64,000 nt of DNA from an uncultured Rhodospirillaceae bacterium (GCA_964530335.1 CAZGYG010000001.1:79770-143769); one strand, 5' to 3'. Numbered from the stretch's first letter, positions 17,053 through 27,580 are shown. Numbers and translations: made by a program. The notes: generated from the letters alone by a model not told the origin.

Positions 17053-17086
17053 TTGACACGGCTGGTCCGCATTGAATATCAAATGC
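17053..17086 (+). promoter_or_regulatory. Candidate sigma70-type promoter overlapped by an AT-rich imperfect palindrome upstream of the iron-binding protein gene
   Basis: TTGACA (17053-17058), an 18-nt spacer, then TATCAA (17077-17082). The 18-mer GCATTGAATATCAAATGC (17069-17086) is symmetric at 14 of 18 positions. It is the only AT-rich patch in this intergenic region. Confidence 0.3.
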
Positions 17087-17121
17087 GAGTGCGTCGCACC
17101 CGCAAAAAGGAACCGTACCCA

Positions 17122-18138
17122 ATGACCTTCTCGCGCTTCGCCCTCGCCTTGCTCGGCATCCTGGCCGTCGCCGCGGAAACCGCCGCCGACGAGGTCAACA
17201 TCTACTCGGCGCGCCACTACCAGACCGACGAGGCCCTCTACGCCCGTTTCACCGAGATCACAGGAATCTCCGTTAACCGCATAGAAGACAAGGAAGACCC
17301 GCTACTCGAGCGGATCATCAACGAAGGGGTCAACAGCCCGGCCGACGTGCTCGTCACCGTCGATGTCGGCCGGCTGTGGCGTGCCGACCAGGCCGGTGTT
17401 CTCGCCGTGGTGGATTCGCCCTTCCTGGCGGAGCGCATCCCGATCCATCTGCGCCACGCCGAGGGGCATTGGTTCGGCTTCGCCGCGCGCGCGAGGGTCA
17501 TCGTCTACGCCAGGGATCGGGTCGATCCGGCCGCCATCGCGACGTACCAGGACCTCGCGGACCCACGCTGGCGCGGCAAGGTGTGCGTGCGCTCTGGCTC
17601 CAGCGTCTACAACCTGTCGCTGCTCGGCTCGCTCATCGCGCACGACGGTGAGGCGGCGGCCGAGTCCTGGGCGGCCGGAGTCGTGGCCAACATGGCGCGC
17701 CCGCCCGAAGGCGGCGACACCGATCAGATCAAGGCGGTCGCGGCGGGGCAATGCGACCTCGCCGTGGCCAACACCTACTACCTCGCGCGCCTGGTCGCGT
17801 CCGACGACCCGGACGACAACGCCATCGCCGCCAAGGTCGGAGTCGTCTTTCCCAACCAGGCGACGACCGGCACCCACGTCAACGTCTCCGGCGCCGGGGT
17901 CCTGGCCCACGCGCCGCACCGCGACGCCGCGATCAAGTTCCTGGAATACCTCGCCTCCGACGAGGCGCAGCGCTATTTCGCCGATGGCAACAACGAGTAC
18001 CCCGTGGTCGCTGGCCTGCCCGGCAATCCGGTGCTGCTCGGGCTCGGCGAGTTCCGCGCCGATACCCTGCCGGTCGCCGAGATCGGCGCGAATCAGCCGC
18101 TCGCCCAGAAGATCTTCGACCGGGCCGGCTGGCAATAG
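17122..18138 (+). CDS. fbpA: Fe(3+) ABC-transporter periplasmic binding protein (FbpA/AfuA family)
   Basis: ATG at 17122 (MTFSRFALALLGILAVAAETAADEVNIYSARHYQTDEALY), with a signal peptide. The overall pattern (WFGF..RARVIVY, RSGSSVYN, NTYYLARL, FLEYLAS) is typical of ferric-iron binding proteins. Confidence 0.75.
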   Translation: MTFSRFALALLGILAVAAETAADEVNIYSARHYQTDEALYARFTEITGISVNRIEDKEDPLLERIINEGVNSPADVLVTVDVGRLWRADQAGVLAVVDSPFLAERIPIHLRHAEGHWFGFAARARVIVYARDRVDPAAIATYQDLADPRWRGKVCVRSGSSVYNLSLLGSLIAHDGEAAAESWAAGVVANMARPPEGGDTDQIKAVAAGQCDLAVANTYYLARLVASDDPDDNAIAAKVGVVFPNQATTGTHVNVSGAGVLAHAPHRDAAIKFLEYLASDEAQRYFADGNNEYPVVAGLPGNPVLLGLGEFRADTLPVAEIGANQPLAQKIFDRAGWQ

Positions 18139-18147
18139 CGCGACCGG

Positions 18148-19800
18148 TTATCCCCTGCCCGAGCCGGGGCGCGACCGGGCGATCGCCCGCGTCAGCACGA
18201 TCACCGGCCCGAGTCCGACCGCGACGATGGCGAGCGCCGGCGTGGCCGCCTCGGCCAGTCTTTCGTCGGCCGCCAGGTTGTGCGCCTGCACGGCCAGCGT
18301 GTCGAAGTTGAACGGCCGCATGATCAGCGTCGCGGGCAGTTCCTTCAGCGCGTCGACGAAAACGAGCAACGCGGCGGTCAGCAGGCTGCCCTTGAGGATC
18401 GGCAGGTGGACCCGCCCAAGCACCGCCAGCGGCCCGGCGCCGAGGGTGCGCCCCGCCCCGTCCATCGATTCGCTGACCCGGGCGAACCCGGCCTCGACCG
18501 CATTGAGCGCCCCGGCCAGGAAGCGCACGACATAGGCGAACACTAGGGCCGCGATGCCGCCAGTTACCAGCAGCCCGGTCGCGACGCCAAGGTTCTCCCG
18601 CGCCCAGGCATCGAGGGCATTGTCGAACGCGGCGAGCGGCACCAGGACGCCGACCGCGATGACCGATCCGGGCACCGCGTAGCCGAGCGCCGCCAGCCGG
18701 TTCGCCAGGGCGTTGACCGGGCCCGGGCGCAGACGCGCCGCGTAGGCGAGCACGATCGCCACCGCCACCGCCACCAGCGCCGCGCTGCCGGCGAGCGCGA
18801 GGCTGTTGGCCGCCAGGCGCACGAACCGGGCGCCGATCTGGGTGTCGTGACCGAGCGCCAGGCGCAGCAGGATGGCCGCCGGCACGACGAAGCCGAGCAG
18901 CGGCGGCACGGCGCAAGCCGCCACGGCCAGGGCGGACCGAACGCCGGCCAGGGGCAAGCGCCGGATCGGCCGATAGAGCCGCGCGCCGTGATCGAAGCGG
19001 CGCGGGCCGCGCCCGGCCCGCTCGAGCGCCAGCACGACCAGCACGGCGAGCATCATCAGCGCCGCGAGTTGCGCCGACGCCGGCCGGTCGCCGAGCGAGA
19101 ACCAGACCTTGTAGATGCCGGTCGTGAAGGTCTGGACGCCGAAGTACGACACGGTGCCGAAGTCGGCCAACGCCTCCATCAGCGCCAAGGCGGCGCCGGC
19201 CACTACCGCCGGGCGGGCCAACGGCAGGCCGAGGCGCAGGAAGCAGCGCCACGGCCCCAGCCCAAGCGTGCGCCCCACGTCGAGCGCGCACACCGACTGC
19301 TGCACGAACGAGGTGCGCGCGAGCAGGTAGACGTAGGGGTAGAGCACCAGCACGAGCATGACGATCGCGCCGCCCAGCGAGCGAACGTTCGGGAATACGT
19401 AGTCCGCCGCGCCCCACCCGGTCGCGGCGCGCAGCGCGCCCTGCACCGGCCCCGCGTACTGCAGGACGTCGGTGTAGGTGTAGGCGATGACGTACGCCGG
19501 CACCGCGAAGGGCAGGATCAGCGCCCATTCGAGCATGGCGCGCCCGGGAAATTCGCACATCGTCACCAGCCAGGCCGTACCCGCGCCGATAACGGCGACG
19601 CCGATGCCAACGCCGACGACCAGCCACAGCGTGTTGGTCACGATCTCGGTCAGGATGGTATCCGCGAGGTGCGTCCAGGTCGGTCCCCACGGCGCGAACA
19701 GATGCCCGATCACGACCAGGACGGGAATGGCGAGCACGGCCGCCAGCCCGAGCGCCGCCATCGGCCAGGCGCCGTAACCCGTCCGCCTGGGCATGAGCAT
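18148..19800 (-). CDS. fbpB: Iron(III) ABC-transporter permease (FbpB-type, duplicated 6-TM module)
   Basis: The start is taken at ATG 19800 (MLMPRRTGYGAWPMAALGLAAV...), giving about 550 aa. It is highly hydrophobic, with two permease halves each carrying an EAA-like loop (ALDVGRTLGLGPW..., ESMDGAGRTLGAGP...). Confidence 0.8.
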   Translation of the reverse strand: MLMPRRTGYGAWPMAALGLAAVLAIPVLVVIGHLFAPWGPTWTHLADTILTEIVTNTLWLVVGVGIGVAVIGAGTAWLVTMCEFPGRAMLEWALILPFAVPAYVIAYTYTDVLQYAGPVQGALRAATGWGAADYVFPNVRSLGGAIVMLVLVLYPYVYLLARTSFVQQSVCALDVGRTLGLGPWRCFLRLGLPLARPAVVAGAALALMEALADFGTVSYFGVQTFTTGIYKVWFSLGDRPASAQLAALMMLAVLVVLALERAGRGPRRFDHGARLYRPIRRLPLAGVRSALAVAACAVPPLLGFVVPAAILLRLALGHDTQIGARFVRLAANSLALAGSAALVAVAVAIVLAYAARLRPGPVNALANRLAALGYAVPGSVIAVGVLVPLAAFDNALDAWARENLGVATGLLVTGGIAALVFAYVVRFLAGALNAVEAGFARVSESMDGAGRTLGAGPLAVLGRVHLPILKGSLLTAALLVFVDALKELPATLIMRPFNFDTLAVQAHNLAADERLAEAATPALAIVAVGLGPVIVLTRAIARSRPGSGRG

Positions 19801-19805
19801 CGCGG

Positions 19806-20345
19806 TCACGGCGCCACCTCGGCGAAGCCGACTTGTCCGGCGAGCACCGCTTCGTCCGCCAGCGTCGCCAGCGCCGCCGCCGACGCCACGGCATAGCGGG
19901 CGAGCGCCCGGGCTTCCCGGTCCGGTTCGCGATAAACGTTGCGCGCGATGGCCGCCGCCAGGGCGTCGGGGCCGGCGGCGCACGCCTGCTCGTAGGCGGC
20001 GACGCGGCCCATGAACGCCTGGGACATAGCCTTGATCCGGCGGCCGACCCCGAGATCGCCGACGCCGAGCTCGCGCAGGTTCTGGTCCATGTCGGCGAAC
20101 ATGACGTCGAACACGGCCTGGCCGAGCGCCGTGCCTTCCTGTCCGGCGGCCCCGAGCCGTCGCAGCACGAGAAAAGCATGGAGTACGATCATGTCGAAAC
20201 GCCCGTCGAGGGTGTCCGGCACGCCGAGCGTGTCATAGAATGCGGGCCGGCGCGCCTGCTCGACCAGCGCCACGTACATCCGTTGCGCCGTGTCCCGGCG
20301 GGCGCGACGCCCGCGCCAGCGTTCGAGGATTCCGACCACCGCCAT
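19806..20345 (-). CDS. Ubiquinol-cytochrome c chaperone family protein (Cbp3/UQCC1-like)
   Basis: Key segment: ALVEQARRPAFYDTLGVPDTLDGRFDMIVLHAFLVLRRL...MFADMDQNLRELGVGD. The start is uncertain (ATG at 20345, 20366 or 20408). 20408 would overlap the divergent bamE start, so 20345 is preferred. Confidence 0.7.
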   Translation of the reverse strand: MAVVGILERWRGRRARRDTAQRMYVALVEQARRPAFYDTLGVPDTLDGRFDMIVLHAFLVLRRLGAAGQEGTALGQAVFDVMFADMDQNLRELGVGDLGVGRRIKAMSQAFMGRVAAYEQACAAGPDALAAAIARNVYREPDREARALARYAVASAAALATLADEAVLAGQVGFAEVAP

Positions 20346-20396
20346 GCCACTTCCGTTGACCGCCATGGCCCGCTCGGGCCAGACTCGGCTACCAAG

Positions 20397-20846
20397 ATGC
20401 GCCACCATACCTTAGCCTGTGCCCTGGTCGCCGCGACCGTCCTCGGAGCCTGTACGCCGCAGGCCCGCACCCGCGGCCATGTCGCCGACGAGGCGGCGGT
20501 CGCTTCGCTCGAGGTCGGCACTTCGAACCAGGACGACGTGCTGGTCGCGCTGGGCAGCCCGTCGTCGACCAACGCGTTCGGCCCGCCCACTTGGTACTAC
20601 ATCACCGCCCATACCGAGCGGACGGCCTTCTTCGCGGACGAACTGATCGACCAGCAGGTCGTCGCCATCGACTTCGACGACGCCGGCGTCGTCATGGCGA
20701 TCGACCGTTACGACACGGAGGATCGCTGGAATCTGGCGCTGGTCGAGCGCGAAACGCCGACCTACGGCCGCGAGCTTGGCATCCTCCAGCAGCTCATCGG
20801 CAACATCGGCCGCTTCACCAAGGAAGGCGGCGAGCTGCCGCGCTGA
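20397..20846 (+). CDS. bamE: Outer-membrane protein assembly factor BamE (SmpA/OmlA lipoprotein)
   Basis: ATG at 20397 gives MRHHTLACALVAATVLGAC with a lipobox Cys, followed by the SmpA/OmlA core (GTSNQDDVLVALGSPSSTNAFGPPTWYYI). This is the in-frame tail of track ORF 19833..20846. Confidence 0.8.
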   Translation: MRHHTLACALVAATVLGACTPQARTRGHVADEAAVASLEVGTSNQDDVLVALGSPSSTNAFGPPTWYYITAHTERTAFFADELIDQQVVAIDFDDAGVVMAIDRYDTEDRWNLALVERETPTYGRELGILQQLIGNIGRFTKEGGELPR

Positions 20847-20859
20847 CGTACGGGTTGGC

Positions 20860-20945
20860 AGGGTTCTGAATAACCCCCCATAGCGTCATTGCGAGGAGGC
20901 CGAAGGCCGACGCGGCAATACGGCGTTGACGGCTTATTCGAAACC
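20860..20945. repeat. Short copy of the same repeat family as 10388-10536
   Basis: GGGTTCTGAATAACCCCCCATAGCGTCATTGCGAGGAGGCCGAAGGCCGACGCGGCAATAC matches the left arm of the 10.4-kb element (GTTGTTGAAAAACCCCCGGAGCGTCATTGCGAGGAGGGCGAAGCCCGACGCGGCAATCC). The right end GGCTTATTCGAAACC is an imperfect inverted copy of the left end. Confidence 0.6.
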
Positions 20946-20953
20946 GAGCGAGG

Positions 20954-23044
<2,091 letters not shown>

Positions 23045-23210
23045 GACGAAATCCTTTTATGGATGGGAGCTTGCCGGCCGAATCGCACCTTACCCCGAAG
23101 GTCGCGGCCGGACGTGACGGCGGAACATGCCAAAGATGTCTCGCCAACGCAACACGGCGGCCGTCGCGGCGCGCTTGCGACTGTCCGAACCCCGTCGCTA
23201 GCGTGATCGC

Positions 23211-23963
23211 ATGACGAACATCCCCACCCCGCCCCTGGCGCGGCGTTGCCTCGCGCTTAGCGCCAGATTCGAAACCGGGCGCGCCGCGCCCGAATGCTTC
23301 GCGGCGTTGTCCGGGGACTTCGACGGCCAAGGCCTCGGCCTCGGCGCGCTGCAATGGAACATCGGGCGCGGCACGCTCCAGCCTCTGCTCGCGCGCATGG
23401 CGCGCGATCACCCAGCCGTATTCGACGCCGCGTTCGCCGACGGCGCGGCTCCGGTGCGCCGGATGCTGACCGGGTCGCGCGCGGAGCAACTGGCCTGGGC
23501 AAGATCGATTCAGTCGCCGCGCCACGTCATCGCCGAACCGTGGGCGGGCTGGCTGAAGGCGCTGGGGCGGACCGCCGAGTTTCAGGACATCCAGGTCGAA
23601 GCCGTGGCCGACCTGTTCAACGGCGCGGTGGCGCTCGCCCGCCACTATGGCCTGCGCAGCGAACGGGCGGTGGCTCTGATGTTCGACATAAAGGTGCAGA
23701 ACGGCTCGATCCCGGCCAGGGTCGAGGCCGCGATCCGGGCCGAATTCGCGGCGCTCGGCGGCCCGCCGGACGCCCTCGACGCTGAGGTGTCGTTGCTGCG
23801 CGTCGTCGCCAATCGTCGCGCCGACGTTGCCGCGAAGCGTTGGCGCGACGACGTGCGGCGACGCAAGCTCGCCATCGCGGACGGCGCCGGAACCGTCCAC
23901 GGGCATGTCGTCGACCTCGAGGCCGACTACGGCATCGGCCTGCGCCCGGCCGTGATCGGGTGA
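23211..23963 (+). CDS. Hypothetical protein with chitosanase (GH46)/lysozyme-superfamily-like motifs; no signal peptide
   Basis: SARFETG...FAALSGDFDGQGLGLGALQWNIGRGTLQPLL and later EFQDIQVEAVADLFNGAVALARHYGLRSERAVALMFDIKVQNG parallel the GH46 pattern (SAENSS..YIEDIGDGRGYTGGIIGF..GTGDML; FQQAQ..F..A...A...GLR......D....HG) as I remember it. Confidence 0.45.
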   Translation: MTNIPTPPLARRCLALSARFETGRAAPECFAALSGDFDGQGLGLGALQWNIGRGTLQPLLARMARDHPAVFDAAFADGAAPVRRMLTGSRAEQLAWARSIQSPRHVIAEPWAGWLKALGRTAEFQDIQVEAVADLFNGAVALARHYGLRSERAVALMFDIKVQNGSIPARVEAAIRAEFAALGGPPDALDAEVSLLRVVANRRADVAAKRWRDDVRRRKLAIADGAGTVHGHVVDLEADYGIGLRPAVIG

Positions 23964-23970
23964 CCGTGGT

Positions 23971-24927
23971 TCAGAAGTGGGTCCAGCCGGAGCTGGGCGG
24001 CGGCGGCACGGGCCGGTCCGCGGCGTCAACCAGGTCGATGCCGCGCCCCGCGCGCAACTCGCCGATCGGCGTCAGCCCGATCCCGAGCCGTTCGCCGAGA
24101 GCCGTGACCGCGGCGTCGGGTGCGGTGAACAGCAGTTCGTAATCGTCGCCGCCGGCCAATGCCGCCGCCGTCGCCCCGGCGCCCACCTCTTGCGCGGCTG
24201 TCGACAGCGGCAGGCGATCGACCCGGATCCGGGCGCCGAGGCCGGAGGCCGCACAGACGTGACCGAGATCGGCGAGCAGGCCGTCGGAGACGTCGATCGC
24301 CGCGTGGGCCAGGCCGACCAGGCCCTGGCCCAGATCGATGCGGGGCGTCGGCAGCCGATAGCGCCCGACCAGGTAGTCGCGCGCCGAAGTGGAAAGCCGT
24401 GGCAATTCGCCGCGCAGTACGCGCAGGCCCAGCGCCGCGTCGCCCAGGGTGCCGGACACCCAGACCGTGTCGCCATCGCGCGCGCTGCCGCGGCGCAGCG
24501 CCATTCCCGGCGCGACGGTGCCCAGCGCCGTCAGCGACAGCACGGTCGGGCCATCGTGCGCCGTGGTGTCGCCGCCGACCAGCGTGATGCCGAACGCCGC
24601 CTGATCGGTGGCAAGGCCCTCGGCGAACTTCGCCAGCCATGCGCGATCCACCGGACGGGCGAGCGTCAACCCCAGCAGGTAGGTCCACGGCCGGGCGCCC
24701 ATGGCCGCGAGGTCGGAGAGGTTGACGCGCATGAGCTTGCGCGCGACCAGGTCCGCCGGGTCGTCGGCCAGGAAGTGCACCCCGGCCGCCATGAGGTCCT
24801 TGGTGACGACGATCTCCCGCCCGGCCGGCGGCGCCAGCACCGCCGCGTCGTCCCGGAGCCCGAGCGCCCCGGGTTCGGCACCGGCCAGCGGGGCGAACAG
24901 TCGGGCGATGGCCTCGAATTCGTCCAC
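23971..24927 (-). CDS. thiL: Thiamine-monophosphate kinase
   Basis: MDEFEAIARLFAPL..GLRDDAAVL..VVTKDLMAAGVHF..RVNLSDLAAMGA, an AIR-synthase-like fold. It follows nusB by 1 nt. Confidence 0.9.
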   Translation of the reverse strand: MDEFEAIARLFAPLAGAEPGALGLRDDAAVLAPPAGREIVVTKDLMAAGVHFLADDPADLVARKLMRVNLSDLAAMGARPWTYLLGLTLARPVDRAWLAKFAEGLATDQAAFGITLVGGDTTAHDGPTVLSLTALGTVAPGMALRRGSARDGDTVWVSGTLGDAALGLRVLRGELPRLSTSARDYLVGRYRLPTPRIDLGQGLVGLAHAAIDVSDGLLADLGHVCAASGLGARIRVDRLPLSTAAQEVGAGATAAALAGGDDYELLFTAPDAAVTALGERLGIGLTPIGELRAGRGIDLVDAADRPVPPPPSSGWTHF

Positions 24928-24928
24928 C

Positions 24929-25432
24929 TCAGGCGCCCGGGGTTCCTTCCTCGGCCACGAATTCGTCGGGGCGAAGGGTGTGGGCCAGCCGATCGAGCAC
25001 GGCGTTGACGAGCCCCGCCTCGGCCTTGCCGTAGAAGGCGTGCGCGAGATCGATGTACTCGTTGAGCACGGCGCGCGCCGGCACCTTGGGCCGCGCCAGG
25101 AGCTCGAAGGCGCCGGCGCGCAGGATCGCGCGCAGCACGTGTTCCATCCGCTCGAGGTGCCACTTGGGCGACAGCGCCGCGCCGATCATGGCGTCCAGGG
25201 CGTCCGAGCGTTCGGCGACGCCCTGCACGATCTCGGTCAGAACGAAGGGATCGGCGTCGAGCCTGCGCCCCTCCTCCAGGTCCGCGCCGGCCCCGCCGCG
25301 CGTCGCCGCCGCCAGCGCCTCGGCGGGCGAGGCCGCGCCCATGTCGATCTGATAGAGCGCCTGCACCGCCGCGAGCCGCGCGGCCGTGGCCTGGGCGCGC
25401 CGCGCCCCGTGCTGGCTCGCGGGCTCGGCCAC
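24929..25432 (-). CDS. nusB: Transcription antitermination factor NusB
   Basis: GTG start at 25432 overlaps the ribH stop (TAGTG). Sequence ARLAAVQALYQIDMG...ILRAGAFELL...VLNEYIDLAHAF...GLVNAVLDRLA. Confidence 0.88.
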   Translation of the reverse strand: MAEPASQHGARRAQATAARLAAVQALYQIDMGAASPAEALAAATRGGAGADLEEGRRLDADPFVLTEIVQGVAERSDALDAMIGAALSPKWHLERMEHVLRAILRAGAFELLARPKVPARAVLNEYIDLAHAFYGKAEAGLVNAVLDRLAHTLRPDEFVAEEGTPGA

Positions 25433-25875
25433 TAGACGTTCCCCGCGCCGAGACGGCCGCGCAATTGGATCATCGCCAGGCAGGCGCGCGCCGCCTCGCC
25501 GCCCTTGTCCTTGCCCTTCGGGTCGGCGCGGGTACGCGCCTGCTTGTCGTTTTCGCACGTCAGCACACCGAAGCCGATGGCCGCCTGGTGGCGCACGGCC
25601 AGATCGTTGAGCCCGCGCGCCGCCTCGGCGCACACCAGGTCGTAGTGGCTGGTCTCGCCGCGGATGACGCAGCCAAGCGCGACGAACCCGTCGTAGCGCC
25701 CGCCCTCGATCGCCATGGCGACCGCGGCCGGCAGCTCGAACGCGCCCGGCACGATGACGTGATCGAAGGTCGCGCCGGCGGCCTTGAGCGCCGCCGACGC
25801 GCCGGCGACGAGCCGGTCGCCGATGTCGTCGTAATAGCGCGCCTCGACGATCAGCACGCGCGCACCCTTGGTCAT
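25432..25875 (-). CDS. ribH: 6,7-dimethyl-8-ribityllumazine synthase
   Basis: 147 aa: MTKGARVLIVEARYYDDIGDRLV..VPGAFELP..GCVIRGETSHYDLV. Its ATG overlaps the ribE stop (ATGA). Confidence 0.92.
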   Translation of the reverse strand: MTKGARVLIVEARYYDDIGDRLVAGASAALKAAGATFDHVIVPGAFELPAAVAMAIEGGRYDGFVALGCVIRGETSHYDLVCAEAARGLNDLAVRHQAAIGFGVLTCENDKQARTRADPKGKDKGGEAARACLAMIQLRGRLGAGNV

Positions 25876-26480
25876 ACCGGCTGCTCCCGGCCATTCCGTT
25901 GCGCAAGCCGCGCCACGTAGCGGGCCAACGGGTCGATCTCGATGTTGACCGGGTCGCCGACCCGGAGCTCGCCCAGGGTGGTGACGGCCAGGGTATGGGG
26001 GATCACGCCGACGCCGAAGCGATCGTCCCCGACCTCGGTCACGGTCAGCGAAACACCGTCCACGGCGACCGCGCCCTTCTCGGCGATGAACCGGGCAAGC
26101 TCCGCCGGCACCGTGAACGTCATTCGTATCGACTGCCCGTCGGGGCTGCGCGCCGCGAGCCGGCCGAGCCCGTCCACGTGGCCGCTCACCATGTGGCCGC
26201 CGAGCTCGTCGCCGAGGCGCAGCGAGCGTTCGAGGTTGACGCGCGAACCTTCCCGCCAGGCGCCGACCTTGGTGCGGTCGAGGGTCTCGTGCATGGCGTC
26301 GAAGGCGAGCCAGCCCGGCCCCTTGTCCACGACCGTCAGGCAGGCGCCCGAGCACGCGATCGACGCGCCGACGCCGATCGACGACGTATCGAACGACGTG
26401 CCGACGACGATGCGCGCGTCGACGCCACGGCGGTCGAGCGAGCGCACCTGACCCACTTCGGTGACGATGCCGGTGAACAT
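25872..26480 (-). CDS. ribE: Riboflavin synthase (alpha chain)
   Basis: 202 aa: MFTGIVTEVGQV...GASIACSGACLTVV...NLERSLRLGDELGGHMVSGHVDG...DGVSLTV. Confidence 0.92.
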   Translation of the reverse strand: MFTGIVTEVGQVRSLDRRGVDARIVVGTSFDTSSIGVGASIACSGACLTVVDKGPGWLAFDAMHETLDRTKVGAWREGSRVNLERSLRLGDELGGHMVSGHVDGLGRLAARSPDGQSIRMTFTVPAELARFIAEKGAVAVDGVSLTVTEVGDDRFGVGVIPHTLAVTTLGELRVGDPVNIEIDPLARYVARLAQRNGREQPV

Positions 26481-26490
26481 GGCCGTTGTT

Positions 26491-27561
26491 CTAGGCCAGG
26501 GCGACCAACGTTTCCAGTAGGTCGCCCTCGAACCGGTCGATGCCGACGACGTGGAACCCGGGCGCATCGGCGATATCGTCCCGCTCCAGCGCGCCGATCG
26601 CCGGCCGCGCGTCGGCGCCGAGCAACCGGGGCGCGGCGAACCAGGCCAGGCGATCGACCAGCCCGGCCGCCACGAACGCGGTGGCCAGCGTCGTGCCGCC
26701 TTCGACCAGCAGCCGGGTGATGCCGCGCCGGCCAAGCGCCGCCACGGCCGCCGCGAGTTCCGGCCGACCATCCCGGCCCGCCGGAACCGCGATGATCTCC
26801 GCCCCGGCCTCGGCGAGTGCCTGGCCATCCGCGCCCTCGCGCGTGACGACCCACAACGGCGTCACCGCCGCCGTGCGTGCCAGCGTCGAGGTTCGCGGCA
26901 GGCGCAGCGCGCCGTCGAACACGACCCGCACCGGCGAGCGACCGGCGAGCCCAGGCAACCGGCAGGTCAGCGCGGGATCGTCGGCGAGCACGGTTCCGAT
27001 GCCGACGGCCACGGCGTCGTAACTCGCGCGCAAGAGGTGCGCCTGCCTGCGCGCCGCCGCCCCGGTGATCCAGCGGCTGGCGCCGCCGCGCGTGGCGATG
27101 CGCCCGTCCAGCGTCGCGGCGATCTTGAGCGTCACCATGGGGCGCCCCGCCGTGCGCTGGAGCACGTAGCCCGCGTTGAGCTCGGTCGCGGCGTCGCGCT
27201 CGACCCCGGTGACCACCTCGATCCCGGCGGCGTCGAGGCGGGAAAGCCCCGCGCCATCGACCCGGCCGTCCGGGTCCGCCATGGCGACGACGGCGCGGGC
27301 GATGCCGGCGGCGATGAGCGCGTCGGCGCACGGCGGCGTCTGCCCGTGGTGAGCGCAGGGTTCGAGCGTGACGTAGGCGGTCGCGCCCCGCGCCGCCGCG
27401 CCGGCGCGCGAAAGCGCCTCGGTCTCGGCGTGGGGCCGGCCGCCGGGCTGTGTCCAGCCCCGGCCGACCACGCGCGTCCCGTGCGCCAGGATGCAGCCGA
27501 CCGCCGGATTGGGCCAGACCCGCCCGAGCCCGCGCCGGCCGAGCCCTAGGGCTGCGCGCAT
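26491..27561 (-). CDS. ribD: Bifunctional riboflavin biosynthesis protein RibD (pyrimidine deaminase / uracil reductase)
   Basis: ATG at 27561 ([23 protein letters not shown]). Deaminase zinc motifs HAETEAL and TLEPCAHHGQTPPC. Reductase half RPMVTLKIAATLDGRIA. Confidence 0.92.
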   Translation of the reverse strand: MRAALGLGRRGLGRVWPNPAVGCILAHGTRVVGRGWTQPGGRPHAETEALSRAGAAARGATAYVTLEPCAHHGQTPPCADALIAAGIARAVVAMADPDGRVDGAGLSRLDAAGIEVVTGVERDAATELNAGYVLQRTAGRPMVTLKIAATLDGRIATRGGASRWITGAAARRQAHLLRASYDAVAVGIGTVLADDPALTCRLPGLAGRSPVRVVFDGALRLPRTSTLARTAAVTPLWVVTREGADGQALAEAGAEIIAVPAGRDGRPELAAAVAALGRRGITRLLVEGGTTLATAFVAAGLVDRLAWFAAPRLLGADARPAIGALERDDIADAPGFHVVGIDRFEGDLLETLVALA

Positions 27562-27580
27562 GTGCGCGCGGTCGAGCGCG

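Noticed and set aside
16439-17217. ORFs 16439..17056 plus, 16666..17217 minus and 16844..17122 minus in the cyclase/fbpA intergenic region.
   Set aside because: Their translations are Arg/Pro/Gly-rich with no RBS or motifs. The region is better explained as intergenic DNA containing a gene relic and the fbpA promoter.
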